A DNA stretch of 27,174 nucleotides from a virus (lineage: Duplodnaviria > Caudoviricetes). Of the stretch, positions 1 to 8,900 are shown one piece after another (positions within the stretch are counted from its first letter, which is position 1; each line of letters begins with the position of its first letter). Under the pieces are notes generated by a model. The model was not told the DNA's origin. It saw only the letters and a program-made list of their open reading frames with translations, and made no database searches. The position numbers and the translations under genes are program-made. The stretch lies in the IMG/VR virus record IMGVR_UViG_3300033516_000067, positions 1-27,174 of that record; one strand, written 5' to 3'.

Positions 1-135
1 ACCTTCATGATGAAGGCAAACGCTGCGTACAACGCTGGCCGCATCTCTGGCAAAGACCTGACGGTGTGCGACGTGTCCCTGCGTCACAACGAGGCAATTG
101 ACGCAGCCCTGATCAACAAGATTTTTGCCGAATAA
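1..135 (+). CDS. 3' end of gene upstream of the major capsid protein (possible scaffold/prohead protein), partial
   Basis: Frame 1 is open from base 1 (TFMMKANAAYNAGRISGKDL...INKIFAE) to TAA at 133-135; codon usage resembles the capsid gene; function inferred from position only. Confidence 0.6.
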   Translation, partial: TFMMKANAAYNAGRISGKDLTVCDVSLRHNEAIDAALINKIFAE

Positions 136-169
136 CCGGCGCAACAGTTTCAAAACTTAGGAGTATTCC

Positions 170-1675
170 ATGAACCCTCAAGAACTTATGGCCCAATTTG
201 CCGGCATGCAAGCTGGCGGCGCACCGATGCTGGGCGGATCAAAAGGTGGCGCGCTTGGCGATGTCCAGGAACTGCAGAAGGCCTTGACTGCCAGCAACTA
301 CCAGACTGACGTTTCCACCTTGACAGGCGGCGGCGCCATGGGTGTGCAGTCGCTCGACACGGCCATGAAAACCGTGGTGCAGGAAGAGGAGCACTTTGTG
401 CTGTTCAAAAAGCTGCAGCAAACCAACGCGACCAACATCGTTGATGAATACACCCGCCAGAATTCGATTGGTGGCGTGCTGGGCGGCTCGACCAATTCCC
501 AGATGGGTGTTGTCCGCTCTGCCTCTGGTGACTACAGCCGTGAGATCGGCATGGTCAAGTTCCTGATGACCCTGCGTCAAGTCGGCTATGTGCTCAACAT
601 CGGCAAGAACTTGGCCGAGCCCATGGCGGTGGAAGAGCGCAACGGCGCATTGCAGTTGCTGACTGACGCTGAGTACCTGCTGTTCAACGGCAATGCCGCC
701 GCTTGCCCGACGCAGTTCGATGGCATCTTCACCCAGATCGACGCTGCTGTCGCTGCTGGCAAGTGCTCGTCTGATCATGTGGTGAACATGAATGGCGCTG
801 CACTGACATCGGTGGAGCCCTTTACCCAACTGCAGGCGGCCATTCAAGACTACGGCAACTGGGGCCGCATCACCGAGACGTTCTTGCCGACTGCCGTCCA
901 GACTGACTTGAACCTGGGTCTGGACCCTGCATTCCGCTGGAGCACTCAGCAAAACACGACATTGACCGTTGGCGGCCATGTTGAGGGCATCCGTCTGACC
1001 GAGGGTGTTTTGAAGACCAACATCGACACGTTCCTGCACCATGGCGACTTCCCGATGGCCAAACCCATCGAAGTGACCTGGCCTGCTACTGCTGTTGCCA
1101 ATGCGGCGTTTAAGCCTGCAGCCGTGTCAGCCGTAGCTGCCGCTGACGCCACCAGCACCAGCACCTTCAACACTGCCCGCGCCGGCAACTACATTTACGC
1201 CGTGGCTGGTGTCGGCCCGACAGGTGAAGGTAACTCTGCGATCACCATTGCTGCCCAGGTGGCGGTGGCTTCTGGTCAAAAGGTCACGCTGACGATTACG
1301 CCGTCCGCTGGTGGCGCCGAGTCCGGCTACGCCATCTACCGCTCCAAACAGAACGGTGCCGGCACTGTGGCCGCTGACTTCCGTCTGGTGAAGGTGATTC
1401 CCAAGGCTGCCACGTTTGTCGATTACAACCTCGATATTCCTGGCACCGTGTCCGTCCCATGCTTGAACATGAACGCCTCGAGTGATGCAATCGGCTGGCG
1501 TCAATTCCAGCCGATGACCAAGATTCCGCTGCCTTTCGGTATCGGCGGAGTTCCTGTGAATTCGTGGTTCCAGTTCCTGTTTGGTTACCTGCGCGTGACC
1601 AAGCCGAAGCACCACGGGTACATCAAGAATGTTCTTCCGTCAAAGGCTGTGTGGCGCCCTCACGCCACGGTATAA
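170..1675 (+). CDS. Major capsid protein, SPO1/Twort (Herelleviridae)-like
   Basis: 501 aa; RBS AGGAG at 159-163; strongly biased codons. ELQKALTASNYQTDVSTLTGGGAMGVQSLD and AEYLLFNGN..CPTQFDGI resemble the KSF..GYG....Q..AGALRRE.LD and EW..F.GD..EFDGL segments recalled for phage K/A511 capsids. Confidence 0.88.
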   Translation: MNPQELMAQFAGMQAGGAPMLGGSKGGALGDVQELQKALTASNYQTDVSTLTGGGAMGVQSLDTAMKTVVQEEEHFVLFKKLQQTNATNIVDEYTRQNSIGGVLGGSTNSQMGVVRSASGDYSREIGMVKFLMTLRQVGYVLNIGKNLAEPMAVEERNGALQLLTDAEYLLFNGNAAACPTQFDGIFTQIDAAVAAGKCSSDHVVNMNGAALTSVEPFTQLQAAIQDYGNWGRITETFLPTAVQTDLNLGLDPAFRWSTQQNTTLTVGGHVEGIRLTEGVLKTNIDTFLHHGDFPMAKPIEVTWPATAVANAAFKPAAVSAVAAADATSTSTFNTARAGNYIYAVAGVGPTGEGNSAITIAAQVAVASGQKVTLTITPSAGGAESGYAIYRSKQNGAGTVAADFRLVKVIPKAATFVDYNLDIPGTVSVPCLNMNASSDAIGWRQFQPMTKIPLPFGIGGVPVNSWFQFLFGYLRVTKPKHHGYIKNVLPSKAVWRPHATV

Positions 1676-1681
1676 AAGCGC

Positions 1682-1703
1682 AGCAGCCTCTTGAGAGGCT
1701 GCT
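1682..1703 (+). other. Perfect 9-bp stem-loop after the capsid gene, no U-tract (mRNA 3' stabiliser or attenuator)
   Basis: AGCAGCCTC-TTGA-GAGGCTGCT, followed by CACCATCC rather than a T run. Confidence 0.6.
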
Positions 1704-1724
1704 CACCATCCATAAAGGGTACTT

Positions 1725-1940
1725 ATGAAAGTCACTTGTTCACTCCCCAATGCCAGCGAGCTAATCAGTGGCGTTACTTTTGCGCGTCAAGACGACGGTA
1801 CTGTTATCGCTACTGGTGTTCCGGCAGATGCGGCTGCGCAGTTCTCTGGGATTCCTGGATATGTGGTTGAGGATGGGCCTGAGAACGAAGAATCGGCCAA
1901 GCCCGCCAAGCATGGCAAGGCAAAGACTGATCCTTCCTGA
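1725..1940 (+). CDS. Small protein downstream of the capsid gene (possible head-associated protein)
   Basis: 71 aa; AAGGG upstream; DDGTV..FSGIPGY plus a Lys/Glu-rich tail resembles the small post-capsid gene recalled in Twort-like phages. Confidence 0.7.
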   Translation: MKVTCSLPNASELISGVTFARQDDGTVIATGVPADAAAQFSGIPGYVVEDGPENEESAKPAKHGKAKTDPS

Positions 1941-1956
1941 TCGCAAACAGCCAAAC

Positions 1957-1986
1957 AAGAGCCCGCCACTGTGCGGGCTTTTTCTT
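1957..1986 (+). terminator. Rho-independent terminator
   Basis: AGCCCGC-CACTGT-GCGGGCT followed by TTTTCTT. Confidence 0.85.
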
Positions 1987-1987
1987 G

Positions 1988-2010
1988 GTCGTGACACCAA
2001 GATAACGACA
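1988..2010 (+). promoter_or_regulatory. Putative late promoter 1 (GTCGTGAC-N2-CAAGAT-N6-ATG), leaderless
   Basis: Octamer 1988-1995, -10-like hexamer 1998-2003, predicted +1 = A of ATG 2010; directly follows a terminator; no SD. Confidence 0.75.
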
Positions 2011-2903
2011 TGAAATTCAATTCTCTGCAAGCACTCAGTTGCGGTAATGCGATCCGCATCATCGTCGAGCCGACTGCGGGCGAGTCTCGGTGGCGCATTC
2101 TGCGCAAAGAAACCAATGACTTTGCTGGGGCGGATGACCCGGGCGCATTTCGTGTTCATGATGGGGCGGACAGATTCCTGACTGATGCGCGTTTGCTGGC
2201 AAATGGCGTGACTTACTTTTACGCAGTTTTCGGGCGCATCGGTGATGTTTGGGCGGAGCCTGTTGTCTTGTCGGCTGTCCCGGCCGCAACCTTTGACGAC
2301 CTCAGTGTTGACGTTCAGGAGCTGGTGCGGGAACGGCTGGACCTGACGCTCAACGCCATGATCGCTCGCGGGAAGTTGGCTCTGACCAAGACGTCGCTTC
2401 CGGTCATGTCAATCCCTTTTTACACCCAAGGGGCAGAGTTTCCTGTGGTGACGGTGCTCTTTGGCGGCAGCTCTCCTTCTGTGCATGCACTGGGGGACGT
2501 AATGGGCAGCGATGTGCTGATTGAAGATGGGGTTGCCGAGATGCAGGGCTGGCTGTCTGCTGTGACCCTGGAGGTGTCAGCCTGGTCGCTGAATGCCGAA
2601 GAGAGAAACGTCCTTCGACAAGGGTTGGCCTCTGCTGTGGCGGCCAACCTGCATGTGTTTGACGATCTTGGGCTGCAGATGTTTGAGGTGCAGTCGGTGC
2701 AGGACACTGAAGACACGCAATCCATGAACGTCCCGGTCTATCAGACCATGATGCGATTGGGTTGCACGGCGGCGACCGTGGCTACCGACGAGTCCGGGCT
2801 TGTTGGCGATGTTGTGTTTTCCCGTCCGGGAACGTCTGGAGGCACGTCTGGCGGCGCAACGGTCGGCAGCATCGTGCTGGACAACGATTGTTTATGTTGC
2901 TAA
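2010..2903 (+). CDS. Putative tail terminator/completion protein with N-terminal FN3-like beta domain
   Basis: 297 aa just upstream of the sheath; N-terminal WRILRK..FLTD..L.NGVTYFYAVF is FN3-like; C-terminal FPVVTV..LEVSAWSLNAEERNVL fits tail-terminator-type proteins (inference). Confidence 0.55.
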   Translation: MKFNSLQALSCGNAIRIIVEPTAGESRWRILRKETNDFAGADDPGAFRVHDGADRFLTDARLLANGVTYFYAVFGRIGDVWAEPVVLSAVPAATFDDLSVDVQELVRERLDLTLNAMIARGKLALTKTSLPVMSIPFYTQGAEFPVVTVLFGGSSPSVHALGDVMGSDVLIEDGVAEMQGWLSAVTLEVSAWSLNAEERNVLRQGLASAVAANLHVFDDLGLQMFEVQSVQDTEDTQSMNVPVYQTMMRLGCTAATVATDESGLVGDVVFSRPGTSGGTSGGATVGSIVLDNDCLCC

Positions 2904-2925
2904 GTTTATTTTTTAAGGGGTTTTT

Positions 2926-3153
2926 ATGAGTAATGAACAAGTGGCCAAGGCTGCCAGCAAAGCAAACCAGGCGCCCGCGCCGACGAGTTTTGACTTGTCG
3001 CTCGATGAGTTCTGTGCCCGCCTGTCTGCATCAAAAGTCGGACCCGAAATGATCGGAGGCTTTTACCAAGCTCAGAAAGCAGCAGAAAAGACAAACGGCA
3101 GCGATGCGGATTTTTCCGCAGCCTTTGCCATTTTTGAAAAACAACCCGCATAA
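2926..3153 (+). CDS. Small hypothetical protein preceding the tail sheath
   Basis: 75 aa; AAGGGG RBS; fills the gap between neighbours; LSLDEF..MIGGF recalls the small pre-sheath gene of Herelleviridae. Confidence 0.7.
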   Translation: MSNEQVAKAASKANQAPAPTSFDLSLDEFCARLSASKVGPEMIGGFYQAQKAAEKTNGSDADFSAAFAIFEKQPA

Positions 3154-3165
3154 AGGAGCAGGGAC

Positions 3166-4878
3166 ATGGCTTTATTTTTCAATGGTCGTCAGTGGATTTC
3201 TCCCGCCGTCATGTCGGTTGTGGATGACAGCCGGATGTATGGACGCAAGCCGTCCGATGGCAACAACTTGGCCCTGATCGGCCGGTCTGACGGTGGCGCG
3301 CCAAACAAAGCGCTGGTATTTGGCTCTACTTCCGAGGCCAAGGCGATCCTGCGCGGCGGCGATTTGCTCCGGGCCGTTGAGCGCGCCTTTAATGCGTCCG
3401 CGCAAAGCAATGGACCCGCCAAGATCACGGTTGTCCGGGTTAACCCGGCAACACAGGCATCCTTGACGCTGAAGGACGCTTCTGCTGGGGACGCCATTGA
3501 TCTAAAGTCAACGAATTACGGGTTGCTGGAAAACCAGATTAAGGTCAAAGTCGAGGCTGGTACCAATACCGGGCTGAAGTTGACAACGCAATTTGGCACA
3601 TCGTACACATCCAAAGACGATGTGGCGCGGTCTGCATTTTCGGTTCAATATTCCGGCACGGGAACTGGCACCATCACGGTTGGCAACACCGCAGTCAGCT
3701 TGCTGCTGGACACCGTCACCACGACGATTGACCTGAATACCTACTTCACGGTGCAGATGCTTGTTGATCGACTGAATGCAGTTACCGGAATTGCGGCGGC
3801 TGTTCTTGACGGCAATGGCGATAAGCCGTCTGTCAATGGATTGGACGGTTTGACCAGCCAGGACATTAAAACTGCCCCGGTGAATGTCTCAGCAAACCTG
3901 CAGGCTGTCGTTGACTGGTTTAACTCACTGGGCGAGGAATTTGTCACGGCCACTCGGTCTGCAACAGCCACCAAAGTGCCAGCGCCCCTGGCTTTTACCT
4001 ATCTTTCTGGCGGCTCGGACGGTCTGGTGACAAATGCCGAATGGGCAGCAGCCTTTGACGTCCTGCAGTCAGAAGATGTTCAATGGGTGGTGCCGCTATC
4101 TGGCCTGGCTGCCATCCACTCGATGGCGGACGCGCATGCGGCTTATATGTCAAACATTGGGCGCAGAGAGCGGCGCTGCATCTGCGGAACGACATCAGGA
4201 ACCACTGACGCGAACGCAATCCTAGCCGCCAAGACGTTGAACAGCGACCGCACATCTCTCACGCATCTTGGCATCTATGACTATGACCAGTACGGGAAAC
4301 TGGTTTTGTTTGAGCCCTACATTGCGGCGGCCATGATTGCAGCAGCGTTTTCCGGCTTGAACCCCGGCACCCCGCTGACCAACAAGAGCATCAAGATTGC
4401 CGGGCTTGAGCGCAAACTGCGCAACCCGTCGGATACCGACAGTCTGCTCTTGGGCGGGGTGTTGTGCATTGAAGACACACCAGAAGGCTTCAAAGTCCTG
4501 CAGTCCATTTCCACCTGGATGATCAATGACAACTACAACCGCCGTGAAGTGTCGGTTGGCGTTGCATGCGACTTCATGATGCGCAAGGTCCGGGGCTCAG
4601 TAGAGCAGCTACGCGGCTCGAAAAACAACCCGCAATCTCTGGCGTTGGCTTTGGAGATGGTCAAGGCGGCGCTGCTGGAACTGTCCCGGCCAGAGCCAAG
4701 CGGGCCAGGCGTGCTGGCTGGAGATACGGTCAACCCGCCATTCAAGAACTTGAGCGCATCACAGGAAGGCGATGTGATGCGTATCGAGTTCCAGGCCAGC
4801 CCGGTGTTGCCCATCAATTACATCCCGATCACGGTGTATGCGGTGCCTTACGCTGGTAGCTCGCTGGCAGCGACCTAG
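3166..4878 (+). CDS. Contractile tail sheath protein
   Basis: 570 aa; RBS AAGGAG; LALIGRSDGGAPNK..EAKAILRGGDLLRAVERAF, LSGGSDG, and C-terminal REVSV..IEFQASPVLPINYIPITV sheath signatures; N-terminus resembles the phage K/A511 sheath. Confidence 0.92.
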   Translation: MALFFNGRQWISPAVMSVVDDSRMYGRKPSDGNNLALIGRSDGGAPNKALVFGSTSEAKAILRGGDLLRAVERAFNASAQSNGPAKITVVRVNPATQASLTLKDASAGDAIDLKSTNYGLLENQIKVKVEAGTNTGLKLTTQFGTSYTSKDDVARSAFSVQYSGTGTGTITVGNTAVSLLLDTVTTTIDLNTYFTVQMLVDRLNAVTGIAAAVLDGNGDKPSVNGLDGLTSQDIKTAPVNVSANLQAVVDWFNSLGEEFVTATRSATATKVPAPLAFTYLSGGSDGLVTNAEWAAAFDVLQSEDVQWVVPLSGLAAIHSMADAHAAYMSNIGRRERRCICGTTSGTTDANAILAAKTLNSDRTSLTHLGIYDYDQYGKLVLFEPYIAAAMIAAAFSGLNPGTPLTNKSIKIAGLERKLRNPSDTDSLLLGGVLCIEDTPEGFKVLQSISTWMINDNYNRREVSVGVACDFMMRKVRGSVEQLRGSKNNPQSLALALEMVKAALLELSRPEPSGPGVLAGDTVNPPFKNLSASQEGDVMRIEFQASPVLPINYIPITVYAVPYAGSSLAAT

Positions 4879-4896
4879 TCGGTAATGCCGAAACAA

Positions 4897-4925
4897 GGAA
4901 CCCGGTTTTCCGGGTTTTTTTATTT
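4897..4925 (+). terminator. Rho-independent terminator after the sheath gene
   Basis: AACCCGG-TTTT-CCGGGTT followed by TTTTTATTT. Confidence 0.85.
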
Positions 4926-4947
4926 GGCAGTCCGGCCTGCTAATTCG

Positions 4948-4970
4948 GTCGTGACACAAGTATTGGAAGC
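4948..4970 (+). promoter_or_regulatory. Putative late promoter 2 (GTCGTGAC-N2-AAGTAT), leadered transcript for the tube operon
   Basis: Octamer 4948-4955, hexamer 4958-4963, predicted +1 near 4970; lies just downstream of a terminator; ATG at 4997. Confidence 0.72.
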
Positions 4971-4996
4971 CATAGCAACTCTTTGAGTAGTACAAA

Positions 4997-5416
4997 ATGG
5001 CAACCAATCTACAAGTCCGCACTGGCAACAAAATCACCGTGAAAATTGGTGGCAAAGACGTGGGCCTAATCGGCTCAATCCGCGCCTCAGACAACTACGG
5101 TTTAGAGCAGGCATCTGGCATTGGTGACATTCATGTCATCGAGTATGTGCCAACCACCGCCGTGCATTCGCTATCGGTACAGTCGATGGTGCTTTACACA
5201 AAGTCGCTGCTGCAGGCCGGGGTGACCCCTGAAAATGGCGCCATCACTCTCAATGGTGTGGTGGTCGATATTGTCATCACTGACAAAGACAAGGGCGTGC
5301 TGCGCACCTACTTGAACTGCAGCTATGACTCCGGTGACCTCGAAATCAGTGCCCACAAGATTGTCAGCGCCAACTGCCAATTTAAGGCGCTTGATGTGAC
5401 TGGGCAGCCGGCATGA
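4997..5416 (+). CDS. Tail tube protein
   Basis: 139 aa after the sheath; VRTGNKITVKIGGKDVG..NYGLEQASGIGDIHVIEYVP matches the recalled Twort-like tube pattern VHTGNTV...I.GK.VG..YG...V.EIG.I.P.E.V. Confidence 0.85.
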   Translation: MATNLQVRTGNKITVKIGGKDVGLIGSIRASDNYGLEQASGIGDIHVIEYVPTTAVHSLSVQSMVLYTKSLLQAGVTPENGAITLNGVVVDIVITDKDKGVLRTYLNCSYDSGDLEISAHKIVSANCQFKALDVTGQPA

Positions 5417-5736
5417 GGCGCGCAGCCCCTAACGACTTCCAGGTGCAGGTGGAAGGCCTGGGGTCGTTTACGATTGGTCGGCGCACCATGCGCGACGAGT
5501 TTGCGGTGGCGGCAGAGTACTCACGCTTGACTGAAGGCGTGCAAACACCAACCGACTTTTTGCATTACTACGCCCGTGCTTTTGCAACCGCAAAGGTTCT
5601 TGTCGTGTCGGCTCCGTCCGGCTGGGACATCGAAAAACTTGACCCACAAGAGGATGCTTCCTACGCGCAGATGATAGACGTCTTTGACGCTATCCGCGCG
5701 AAGGAAGCCGATTTTCGAGAGAAGCCGGGATCGTGA
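5413..5736 (+). CDS. Tail assembly chaperone (G-like)
   Basis: 107 aa between tube and tape measure genes; ATGA overlap with the tube stop; ends ..ADFREKPGS. Confidence 0.75.
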   Translation: MRRAAPNDFQVQVEGLGSFTIGRRTMRDEFAVAAEYSRLTEGVQTPTDFLHYYARAFATAKVLVVSAPSGWDIEKLDPQEDASYAQMIDVFDAIRAKEADFREKPGS

Positions 5737-5998
5737 TTGCAAAGAGGACGCCAAAGAAGTAGCTAAGACCGTCCGGTTCTGGTTTCGACGAAAGTATTCA
5801 CTCCCGCCCGCTGATCCGCGCTATCTGGATATGACAGAAGAGGGGATGCTGACTGAGTATTGGGCGCATTACTACTACGACAAACCGGACAGCGAATGGG
5901 AAGAGGACACCGACAACTTCGACGAAGAGGTAGCCGCCATGGATGCCGAGATGGGCATTCCTCCTGATGATGATTTTGAGGACATAAGCAATGGCTGA
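5717..5998 (+). CDS. Tail assembly chaperone extension (T-like), probably reached by +1 frameshift
   Basis: Overlapping +1 frame ORF (open from 5684) with no convincing own start; FWFRRKYSLPPADPRYLDMTEE and acidic tail; slippery GAT TTT CGA at 5710-5718. Confidence 0.7.
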   Translation, partial: ERSRDRDCKEDAKEVAKTVRFWFRRKYSLPPADPRYLDMTEEGMLTEYWAHYYYDKPDSEWEEDTDNFDEEVAAMDAEMGIPPDDDFEDISNG

Positions 5999-8900
5999 GT
6001 CGATACCCATTAAAGTCGAAACAAACGAGGCCGCTGCTGCCATCAACGAGCTGGGGAGATCGGCGGCAGATGCTGCTGAAGATTTCTCTGGTCTGACCAG
6101 CATGCTTAACGAGTTCCTGAAGCGCAGGAGCACGGAGCTTGGCAAGCCGGTTACTCTTTTCAGCCAAGATGATGTTGAGACGTTAAAGGCCATTCGGGCC
6201 GAATTCCAGTTATTGGTGCGAGACACCAAGGGCAGCGGCATCGGCAAGCAATTGAGCACGCAGCCTGGCGGGGCTGGCGCGGTGCGATCACCCGAGCAGA
6301 TCAATGGCAGGCTGCTGGAAAGTGACAGCCAGAAGCTGCAGGCAACATTGGACAAAGTCCTGATGTCTGTGTTGCGCAGACTCAGTGCGCGCACTGGCGC
6401 TTCAGTCACCGGGCTGACGGCAAATGATCTTGGCGCCGGAGGGCGACAGCACCCTCCGGTTAACCCGCCAAATCCGAACCAACCAAATCCTGACCCGGTT
6501 CCTCCAAGAAGGCCAAAAAGGCCAGATACACCGCAATCAAAAAGCGCCAAAGTGCTCGGTTATGCCGCGCAGCAACTGTCCCCACTGGGGGGTGGCGCAA
6601 TCAATCAAGCGGCATCTATGGGTGCCGAGGGCATGGCCGGGCGCGGCATGGGCGGCATGCTTGCAGGAGGCGGCATGGCAGGGCTGGCGGCAGGCGCCGG
6701 GATCGGCCTTGTCGCGGCAGGAATCTACAAGGCGGCCAGCGCGGTCAATGAAGGCATTGACCGCGAGAAAGTGCTGGCCACTGACATCGACAAATTCCGG
6801 CGCTCGCTCGGGACTACGGCTGACAGCTTCAGCGAGCTGCGGGACCAGAGCCGCATGGTTGGCGATCAGTTCAACCTGAATTACGAAACATCCAGAAAAA
6901 TCACCACCGAATTCGCCAACATTGCCAAGACCAACAAAGGCGCAGTAGATCAGGCGTCCGAAGGGGTTGGTCTGGCACAGGCGGTTGGCGTTGATGAAGC
7001 GCAAGGCGCCGGATTCATTGCGAGCTTGCGAAGAGACCAGAGCATTGGTGATAAAAAGTCGGATGCTCGCATCATGGGCATTCAGTTCGCTGAGGCACTA
7101 AAGCGCACCGGGTCCACTCTAAACGCCGGCGAGCTGATGTCCGCCATCCAGGGGTTTAGCAGCGACACAGCGCACCGTAGCCTCACGGCTGGCAACCTGG
7201 ACGGTTACGCTGGCATGCTGTCCGCGATGGTTGGGTCCAAGACGCCAGGTCTGGATATTGGCAATTCGCGCAGTCTGATGGCGCGTGCAGATGCATCGTT
7301 TCAGTCTGGCGGTGGCGCAGGAGAGGCCTCTAAAACTCTGCAGTTCATGGCGCTTGGCGGCGATCGTCTTGGCCTGATGGGCGTCAAGATGCGAGAGGCT
7401 GCAGGCATGATGGCCACCAACGATCAGGTTTTTGGTGACCCGAACAACCCCGTCAACAAGTACACAGGCGGGCAGATGCTTGGCCACAAAGGCAGCAGCA
7501 CCGGGCTGGAAGATTTGATCAAGATGATCAAGGACAATTCTGGCGGGAACAAAGAGCTTGAGATTAACACCCTCTCAAACCACCTGAATCTGAATCCCAA
7601 TGAAGCGGCCACTTTCCTCAACATGGAAAAAGAGGGCAAGCTGGGTGACACGCTGGCCATGGCGCGCCAGTACAAAGGTGTTGACCTCAATAAAATGTCC
7701 AGCGATGGCTACACCATGCTGGCCGACGTTGCGCACGCAAAAGGGGACAAAGGTGAACTGGAGTCCATCCGGGCCGGCCTTAATAAGCGAGCCGACTTGA
7801 GTGACGACCAGAAGTCTCAATTGGCGTCAATGGTTGGAATGGACGGCGCCAAGCTGCAGGACGCTCTGGTGAAATTCAGCACCACTTTAGAGCGCGAGAA
7901 AACGGAAGGCCAGAAGATACAGGAAAGCGCCACCAAGACAGCCAATGCAACCGACCGGTTGGCCGCGTTGTTAATTCCTGCCTCTGTAAAAAGCAATGAG
8001 CTGCTTTCCGCACTGGTGGAAAAAATGGCTCCTGACTCTGAAGCGGCAAAAAGAATCGCTGCAGCCAAAGAGGACGACCAACTGCGCGAGAAACGTCAAA
8101 TGGTCGAGTCTGGCGAGATTGATCCTGATCAGGTGGAGGCCAGAAACAGGAGATACAACCAGATAGCTTTTGAGATGCGCACCACCAACAGTACGCGCGA
8201 AAGCAAGGTCCGCAACGCGACAAAGCAAATCCAGGAGCTTGGCGACAAGGCCGTGCCCTACAGCGAGGTCGAAACAGCAAACCGACAATCCAGAAAACCA
8301 GATGAGGCCAAAATCAAAGAGGATGCGGCCATTTGGAACGAGGCGCAAGCGGCGGCAAAAAAGAAAGACGCAGAATCGTTGATTCGTAGTGGGGTTGACC
8401 CGTCCGAGCAAAAACCAAAATCTTCGACATCGCCATCGCAGCCAGTTGTGCCTGATGAAGTCCGGCGCAAGACTGCTGCAGAGTTGGCGGCTGAGACGGC
8501 CGCAGCAAAGCCGGCGGCTGTTGCTGGGGCAGATGGCACAGGCAAGCTGAGAATCAAAAATCGGGATGAGAATCTTGGAGGCGGCGAAACCAAGCCAGGT
8601 GTTTTCGACTTTGCGAATGCAATGCAGTCATCTCTTGGAGACGACTTCAAACAGTTGACGGCGGCGAACGACCGCTACCATCAGAAAAACTCGCCAAATT
8701 CCAAGCACACAAAGGGTCTGGCGTTTGATTTCACTGTGAATGACGCCAAGAAAAGCGCTGCTGCTGCAGCGTCAGCCAGGGCAGAGTTAGAGGCCGCAGG
8801 CGTCAAAGGGCGCGTTATTGACGAATACAAAAAGCCATCCTCAAAAAGCACAGGGGGGCACATCCACGTCGAGTTCGCCAACGAGAGGGAAGCCGCGAAC

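Noticed and set aside
5730-5745. ATCGTGAT at the chaperone stop (also Ser-TGA and a dyad) as an eighth promoter
   Set aside because: Two mismatches to the octamer, the following hexamer (CAAAGA) lacks the invariant T, and there is no ATG at +14.
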